A stretch of 64,000 nucleotides of DNA, taken from NCBI RefSeq assembly GCF_964204645.1, contig NC_134028.1:2604001-2668000 (forward strand), written 5' to 3'. Of this stretch, positions 56,001 through 64,000 are shown piece by piece. Origin of the DNA: Tubulanus polymorphus. Its lineage: Eukaryota > Animalia > Nemertea. Numbering within the stretch: the first letter of the stretch is position 1; each line of letters opens with the position of its first letter. Both the position numbers and the translations under genes were made by a program. The notes below the pieces were generated by a model. It had not been told where the DNA came from and did not search any database. It saw nothing but the letters and a program-made list of their open reading frames with translations.

Positions 56001-57037
56001 GCTTTTAAGTCTTTGGGCTTCTTATTCCTATATGTGTGCACTTTTTCGTCCCATTCCCAAACGTTTATGAATAATGATGAAGTTTTACTAACCGGCATGT
56101 CGCATGTGATTATTACAGGTAATGAATTACCGATGCCTTTTAACGGTTTGTCTAATCAACCAGGTGGAGGGTCTCCTGGGGTTACTCCCAGCCCAACTAG
56201 TTCAGGTGCGTAGGTTCTCGAATAATTGTTTTTCGATATTTTCATCCTGCAATTCGCTTCATCTCTTCATCCTGGATCCATAAGATTGGATTTATTTCTC
56301 TTAATTCAGTTCTGTTTTCGAAACACTGATTTTTGAAATATTTTTTTCTAGCCCCACATTCTCAGCGTTCATCACGCGGACCGTCGCCTGTTCCTGGAAC
56401 TCAGTACGACGCGATGGAAGGACAATTTTCACCGCAATCGCCTCCAGTTACTCCTCAACAGGATTCACCATCGGGGCAAGGTAGATAATTCTAGATAGTC
56501 GACATTCCTATTCATTTTTGGTAAAATGCTTACAGCATATAGGACTATTAGTCCGCAATTTCTCATAAATCGGATGAATTTTATGGGTCCTGATTTTTTT
56601 TTTCAATGTTAAATTTGAATAATGAATGATAGATTATGTCTTTATGTATGAATAATGAATAGTAATTAACGTTATTTGAATTATGTTGAGTTTAACTTGA
56701 TATTACAATGTATTTATATATTCGAACCTCTTGAAATTGTATATTTCAGGTCCCCAGCAGCAACAGCAACGACCTACAGGAATTACCGGCAGACGTCTAT
56801 ATCCACAAATGGTACGTGTCTGATGATTTCATTTTGTTGTTGAAAATAAAAAGTATTTGTTATAAAATTGGGACTAATTGATGATTTTTAGCCCGGTCAA
56901 TATGGAAGTGGACAGCAAGCCGGTCAAGCACAGTACGGACAACCACCAGCACCTGCTGGACAATTTCAATCTAACGCCCAACAACCACAACAACAGCCAT
57001 CACAAATGGGTAGTGGTTTTCAACAACCTGGTGCATA

Positions 57038-57068
<31 letters not shown>

Positions 57069-60000
57069 ATGGGAGGTTTTCCTAATCAACAACCTGGAAA
57101 TCAACAACAAATGTCTGGATACCAGCAGCAAAACCCTGGAGGTCAACCTCCCGCGTCGCAGGGGTCATACGCGCCATCAAATATACCGGGGTCTTTCCCG
57201 ATGTCGCAACAACCGACCGGACAACGACCACAAACAGCGCCTACTACAAACAACTTCAACCAAACATCAAATATGTATGCAAACAATACATCATCATTGA
57301 ACTCGAGTTTTAATCAGATGAGTTTTCAGGTAAATATCGAGTGATTTTATACTTCAATAGAATAAAGAGTTCTGAACTATCGCATGAATAACTGTTAATC
57401 TAGTCTCAGTCGGGCATAGAGCCTGCTCATATTCTCCCCCCACCACTCTATGTAACCTAGTCTAATCAAATCTAGTCCTTCTATCAAAGTTTTTAAATTG
57501 AAGCTGAAAGGCCATCTATTCATCGAAGCTTTGAGTTAAACATGTTTTAGTTTCTTTCCTCCATTCTCTTTGTAAAGCCAATATGAATCGTATATGAACT
57601 GATATTTTACAGCATGGAAGCCATCGTCCCGTTAATCTGTTACAAGAGCGTCATATTCTACCCCCAGACGGCGTACAGACGGCTAAACCTGTACTACCGC
57701 ATGATTTCAAGAAAGTTAACTGTAATCCCGAGTACGTAGTAAACTCCATTCAGTTCGGGCTTCACGAAAGCAGATTCTGTATTTATTAAGAATTTTATTT
57801 TTTTTTGCAGCGTATTCCGATGTACATTAAATGCTATACCGCAGACTCAACAACTATTAAATAAAGTTCGATTACCACTCGGTATTCTTATACATCCTTT
57901 CAAAGATTTATCGGTGAGAGAATCATTCCATAAATAACGAGATATTCTCATACGATTCATCGTTATTCGATTATCACGTATTGTATTTTACAGCAATTAC
58001 CTGTGATCCAGTCGAGTGTGATAGTTAGGTGTCGATCGTGTAGAACTTACATAAATCCGTTTGTTACGTTCGTCGATCAGCGACGTTGGAAATGTAACTT
58101 GTGTTTCCGAGTTAACGAACGTAAGTTCTCGCCGTCCTTATTGCGCAGACGATCGATAAACAGCCGGATTTTCTCCTCACGAAATTAAATGCGTTGACAA
58201 TAACTTGCAACAGAAACAACAACAATAATAAGTTTGATAATCGTTTCGTTGAAAATTGTTTGATTATAATTTCAGTACCAGATGAGTTCCAGTTTGATCC
58301 GGTAAGTAAAACGTACGGTGATCCTCAAAGACGTCCGGAAATCAAATCTGCTACTATTGAATTCATAGCACCTTCGGAGTATATGGTAAGTTAGGTCCAG
58401 TTTTATAAAGATGATCTCTGTGCCCATTCCCACACTTTAACTCGTAATGAACTACCGTTAGACCGTATCACTGACCTCACAACTGTAAATTCATTGCTCG
58501 GTGTTTGTATATTTCAGTTGCGTCCACCTCAGCCAGCAGTTTATCTGTTCGTTTTGGATGTATCGTACAATGCTTTGCAAACAGGTTTGTCTCGAATTCA
58601 TATTCACTGAAATTTGTTCGTAAGTCCACGTATTATCCTTACAGCATCTCCGTTTGTCAAATCCCGATGAAGGCAGGAATTTTCGTCGATCTATTTACAG
58701 GTTATTTGGCAAAGTTTTGCGGAACGTTGTTGGATAATATCGACCGTTTGCCGGGCGATTCGAGAATGCAAATAGGTTTCATAACATACGATAGATCAAT
58801 ACATTTCTACAACTTGGCTGAAGGCCTGTCTCAACCTCAGATGCTTATCGTTTCTGATATTGATGGTAACCTACGATTATTCTATGATATTTCCAAGAAA
58901 TTAATGTCTATTCGTAATGTTTATGAGCTAAATGTTGAATTATGAATATGGCAATGTTAAATTCTTCTTTTCACAGATGTATTCCTTCCTTCACCTGATA
59001 ACTTATTAGCAAATCTTCACGAGGCGAAAGATTTAATTCTTGACTTGCTCAACAACTTACCGAGCATGTTTGCCAATAATACCGAAACAGGAAACGCACT
59101 CGGGGCAGCGCTGCAGATCGCGCATAAATTAATGGTTTGTATTTGATATATGTCATCCGCTTTGAGAATGAGAATCCCCTGAATCAAATTTCATCTTTAA
59201 ATAATCATCTTTACAGGGTAGTACGGGTGGTAGAGTAACAGTAGTAAATTCATCGCTACCATCAGCCGGCCCCGGAGCCTTGAAATGCAGAGAAGATCCG
59301 AATGAAAGAGCTGGAAAGGTATGAATCGAATGTGTGTAATTTCTGCTAAATCGTATTTTGTGATACACGTCATGGAATTTCATTTGTATTTCTGCAGGAT
59401 GTGTCTAACCTCGGTCCAGCTACAGATTTCTATAAAAAGATGGCGTTAGATTGTTCCGGGCAGCAGATAGCAGTCGATTTATTCATGATAAACTCTCAGT
59501 ATTCAGACCTAGCGTCCGTCGTAGCGGTGTCGAAGTTCTCCGGTGGTTCTATCCACTATTATCCCGGATTCAATGCGCAGAATAATCCCGGTTTATGCGA
59601 GCGATTCGCGAGCGAATTGAGACGATATCTGACGAGAAAAGTTGGGTTCGAATCCGTAATGAGGGTTAGATGTACTAGAGGTACGTTGATATTCTTATAG
59701 TCCTTAAGAAACTACTCGCTCAAGGTATCTTATTGGATTTTATCGTATATTATTATTACAACACGGATGGAGTGTTTCATTAAGATTATCTATTTGATTT
59801 GTGTCTGAAATGATGAAATTCGATCCATTGTAGGTCTGAGTATTCATACGTTCCATGGAAACTTCTTCGTACGATCTACTGATTTGTTGTCCTTGCCGAA
59901 CGTGAACCCTGATGCAGCATTCGGTATGCAGATGTCTATTGAAGACCCGTTGACCGATGGTAACACCGTTTGTTTCCAGGCTGCTCTTTTATATACATCT

Positions 60001-61696
60001 AGCAAAGGTAGGTGGTTCATTTTTGGGGGGCGGTCGGATATTGTGACTTTCCGAGATAACGAATCGTTGATAATTCTTTATGTTCTGCAGGTGAAAGAAG
60101 AATCAGGGTACATACGTTGTGTTTGCCAGTTTCGAATCAAATACCAGAAATTATTGCTAGCGCAGATCAACAGGCAATTGCTGGCCTTCTCGGCAAAATG
60201 GGTGAGTTGATTCACTATGATTCATATTGTGTTAAAATAAATCCAAAACCTGAGTGTATATTTGTAATGCATAAATTTCATCTTTGTTATCTATGTTAAC
60301 ATGTAATAGTCCTTAAGAAATCCAAAGAATGGAGTTTATTGTCGGTTGATTGAATTTTCAAAAAAATTTTCCAGCCTGTGATAGAAGTTTATCAGCAAAT
60401 CTTGGATCAGCACGCGAGGCTTTGATCAATGCTGCAGTAGATGCAGTTGGTGCGTTCATGGCTACTCTACCGGCTGGTCAACGAGTCGGTTTACTCGGTT
60501 TGCCGACTAATCTATGCCTCCTGCCACTCTACATTTTATCGCTTCTAAAATCGGTAAGTTTTTCGTTGAATCTTTCTTCGCCGCTTGAATCCTATTCAAC
60601 AACGGGATGAACCTGGATTTACCGAAAGAAAATTTCAATCCGCGTTTCGTTACAGCTCGCATTCAGGGTTGGAACTAGTACGAAGTTAGATGAACGTGTA
60701 TACGCGATGGAACAATGTAAAACTTTACCGTTGAATCAACTCCTGCTGCGCCTGCATCCAAATCTATATCCAGTTCATGCATTGGATGATAAAGTAAGTA
60801 TATGTAGACAGTCAGGTCGAGTTTCTGTTGTCAGGAAGATCAGTCTTACCCCACACTTATAGTACGATAAAGATGGAGTCTGAGAAGTTTCCTTTAAACT
60901 TGACATTCGCTTCAATTTAAGAACGCTATAACGAAGAACGATGTAGTGATACCTCAACCGGCCCTGCTGCAGTTATCCAGCGCTAATATCGATCGTCATG
61001 GAGCGTATCTATTAGACTGTGGTACGAAGTTATACATGTGGGTCGGTGGTGCTATCAGTGACCGCTATTGTCAGGAGGTGTTCGACGTGCCAAACTTCGT
61101 TTCGATTCAAGACTGTTTAGTGAGTTTCGCGTTTATCACTTCTGAGATTTAAGTTTTGATCATGTTTTCATTTGAATTAACGTCGCTTTCTTCCGTCTTG
61201 CCTTGCAGTCGAAACTGCCTGAATTAGAAAATCCGACTTCGGAAAGATTAAACACGTTTATTCAATATTTACAAGACCTTCGGCCTTTCCAGGCTGAATT
61301 TCAGGTTGTCAGGTATGTTGTCGGCTATTTATTCCCTGTTTGACTATAAAATATATCTTAAGAAATCTAGGGTAGTAAATCCAAGATGGACTAAAGCGTT
61401 AAGGATTTATAAATTACTAACGTAGAATTGATTTAGGACCTGGCTTCAGTTTCATGAAAAATTCAAATTCAAATTTTCGGTTTAAGACATTGGAAGCTAC
61501 CCTTGGGCCCTTGGTTGATAATACGTCCATAAAACTCATTGTTTAATAATTCTTTCATGAATATTTATTGTATTATTTCAGGGAGGACAGCCGCGTACGT
61601 ATGAACTTCATACAGCATATGATAGAAGATCGAACAGAGTCCACTATGTCTTATTACGAATTTATTCAACATATACAGAAACAAGTGAAGACTTAG
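53020..61696 (+). CDS. SEC24B: COPII coat subunit Sec24A/B-type, multi-exon, with P/Q/G-rich N-terminus
   Basis: [29 protein letters not shown], Zn finger [93 protein letters not shown]; TAG 61694-61696. Could be the single SEC24A/B pro-ortholog. Confidence 0.92.
53409..53524. mobile_element. 116-bp MITE with 8-bp TSD ATTTGAAT in SEC24 intron 1
   Basis: GG...CC ends; arms gactgcagtttagg / cccaaactgcagtt; atttgaat at 53401-08 and 53525-32; internal cctaacctaacc. Confidence 0.75.
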
Positions 61697-61812
61697 GACT
61701 CTATGATATAACGTATACATTTATTACTAGTGCTGATGAAAAAAAAAAAACTTTTATCATTAAATTATTGAAATTTATCTACAAATTCGGCGAGGATTTC
61801 GGAGTGCGTTGT

Positions 61813-61880
61813 TGTTGGCTAGTTAGCTGGTTGCTGGTTAGTTAGCTGGTTGCTGGCTAGTTGGCTAGTTAGCTGGTTGT
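61813..61880 (+). repeat. Degenerate minisatellite (GTTAGCTG/GTTGGCTA units) in the SEC24 3' UTR
   Basis: gttggctagttagctggttgctggttagttagctggttgctggctagttggctagttagctggttg. Confidence 0.8.
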
Positions 61881-63019
61881 GTATCCGAACTTGAAGGAAT
61901 CGATTCAGAAGTTTGATAATGCAATATTTGTTACGCTTTGTCAAATCGCATGGGAAAATCCTTGGAAAGAAAATTTCTGAATTCGTCAAATGAACTAAAA
62001 CTAAGAATTCTAGTAGAATAATGGTGCCAGTAAAATGTGACAATCGTCCTATTGTTAAACGGCACCTCTCCTGAAGTGCATGTGTGTATTTGTTCTCTGA
62101 ATTGATAAACCGAAATTCTGCGCGAAATTAAACAAAATTTTCGGTGGTTTAAACACCTTTAGTGTGTACAAAATAATATGCATGTTAATTTATGAATGAG
62201 TAGCAGGTATATCGTCGAACGGTTTCAATATTATCCAACGAGAGTTCGGTTTGTTTGGGTTTCGGCGAGCGTTGTCTATGGCGGAACAAGGGTTTGCGTC
62301 TCCCGGATATAAAATGTCTGTGATTATATTATTTACATAATATTTAAAAGAATGAAATTATTTCAAAGAAGAAATGTCTTAATAAGACCGACCGCAGCGC
62401 TCGCTGTAGCGATACTGTTAAGATGTTTTTTGTCAAAGATGGTTTATAGATATGAAATAGATATCGTCTCAATGACTGGTCTATTTTAAACGTTTCTCAT
62501 ATGATCTTCTCGTAGGAAATCGAATAAAGGCAAATGAGAAATCTATTTTCATGAGGAAGTGGGAAATATTTTGCTAAGATTAGTCTTAATGTCAAATCTC
62601 AAAAACATACGATGACTTACGATATTGACTTACATACTTTTTCTGGATTTATTTCCATTATTTCATTTTCCATGACTAACTTATGTTACTGAAAATAGCG
62701 AAGGTTTTGTGTTACTGATTAAATAGTCATGTGGTTTTTGAGTGGAGAATGATTTCGTGGAATTCACGTTAGTTTCAACACGACTTCTTCACCTATACAT
62801 ACGTGATAAGCCAGGGACACTGTAATACATACGTTCTTCATTATACTGTTCCTGAATAAACTGTTTTTACGAAATATTTTTAAACGTCTCGTGTATTTTG
62901 AAAGTTATGATTTTTGTTTTGGATGCTGAAAAGAAGATTTTTTTAAACTTAAGTGTGCCAATGTTTATTTGCAATTACAGTAAGTCACAGCGGCCAAATT
63001 AAGCCAGATTAAACTTCAG

Positions 63020-63129
63020 GACCCGGTTTTGTAGACTGGTATTATCTTAAACCCAGGGGTTAAATCAATTGAAAATGAATTGAGTTAGCCCCTGGGTTTA
63101 AAGTTAATACCAGTCTATAAAATCGGGCC
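63020..63129. mobile_element. Second copy of the ~110-bp CAG-TSD MITE
   Basis: Aligns along its length with the reverse complement of 12042-12150; cag at 63017-19 and 63130-32. Confidence 0.8.
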
Positions 63130-63356
63130 CAGCATTTTGGCTTCATGGCCTGTTTAATCACAAAAAGATGACGATTATTCAGGATTGTATTCATGAAACC
63201 AGTGCGGCTGTGACTCAAACATCTTCAATCTACAATAGTTCCTGTTTTCTGTATGCTACAGTTTACGCACTAAATCTTCACCATAAAACTATCATCCTCG
63301 ATTGAAATAAATATCGTATTCGTGTTGTTAACTTTTGTTTCTCGCTTGATTCAAAA

Positions 63357-63423
63357 ATGAAGGATGGTCGACATTTTTACGGCATCTTACTCGCCTTTGT
63401 AATTGTAATTCTTTTTAGCTGCC
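63357..63423 (+). CDS. Probable first coding exon (signal peptide/anchor MKDGRHFYGILLAFVIVILFSC) of a gene running off the right edge
   Basis: aaaaATG context, basic N-terminus plus hydrophobic core, ends at |gtaagt donor (phase 1). Confidence 0.55.
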
Positions 63424-64000
63424 GTAAGTTTTGTTAGTAGTCTATAGTTGAACAATACAGCCCGCTGCGAAAGCGAGTATATTCGGGCGTGAGATTTCAC
63501 GAATAGTCTCGCACGAGATAAGATATTTCTTACCCCGATCTTTGATTATATGGACAGAAAATAAAACTACATGTATGTATTATTTAAAAGTAATAAAGAT
63601 GGCCGATCGTTATCGCGTGGTTTGAGATGAATTTATAAATAAGAATTGACCGATATTAATTATCATTAAATGATGGAAACCTATTATATGAATGTATCTT
63701 ATATACAGACTGGGTTATGTTATTTGTATTGTACGATATGGTGTATAGAATGTTTACGAAGGTAAGGTTTATAATGTACATCTAGTCGTAAAAAAGGGTT
63801 ATCAGAAACAATAAGCCTGCACGGCACACACAGTGCACGCACGCACTCACTGGGAACACGCGCGGCCGCAAGAAAAACCAACCTCTACTCTCTTTGTGAT
63901 TCTGGATGTGTAAATAAATTGCGCACTATTTACAAAAAAAAAATATTTTTGTTGTGATGTTTTTTGTCGTCTTATCTGGAGGAAAATACTACATCATTCG

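Noticed and set aside
56878-57300. Asn/His-rich 140-aa ORF
   Set aside because: Alternate frame of the CAA-rich, Gln/Pro/Gly SEC24 exon.

Overview
AT-rich, gene-dense, intron-rich eukaryotic DNA from an invertebrate animal. A marine lophotrochozoan-like origin is my inference from gene content. Eleven complete protein-coding genes can be assembled from GT-AG exons: an intronless MALT1-like paracaspase (-), NCOA4-like (+), a NIT-domain guanylyl cyclase (-), SORD (-), RNLS (+), TMEM104 (-), MAD1L1 (+), ECHS1 (-), a non-catalytic carboxylesterase/neuroligin-like membrane protein (+), NPLOC4 (+) and WIPI2 (+). A twelfth complete gene, SEC24A/B (+), follows, and there are probable first exons of genes at both window edges. 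Several MITEs with clear TIRs and TSDs (TA, TTA, CAG, 8-bp, 9-bp) sit in introns and UTRs. The most notable observations are: (1) a NIT-GC lacking the first metal-binding Asp; (2) an unannotated, strand-asymmetric four-way-junction RNA structure in the gap between NCOA4 and the NIT-GC; (3) two mutually incompatible TMEM104 exons, each encoding an acidic dileucine sorting motif; (4) an intronless 3-Ig paracaspase; (5) an NCOA4 with many ferritin-binding-like W-L repeats and an expanded Cys cluster. All calls come from reading the sequence by eye, and no searches were run.
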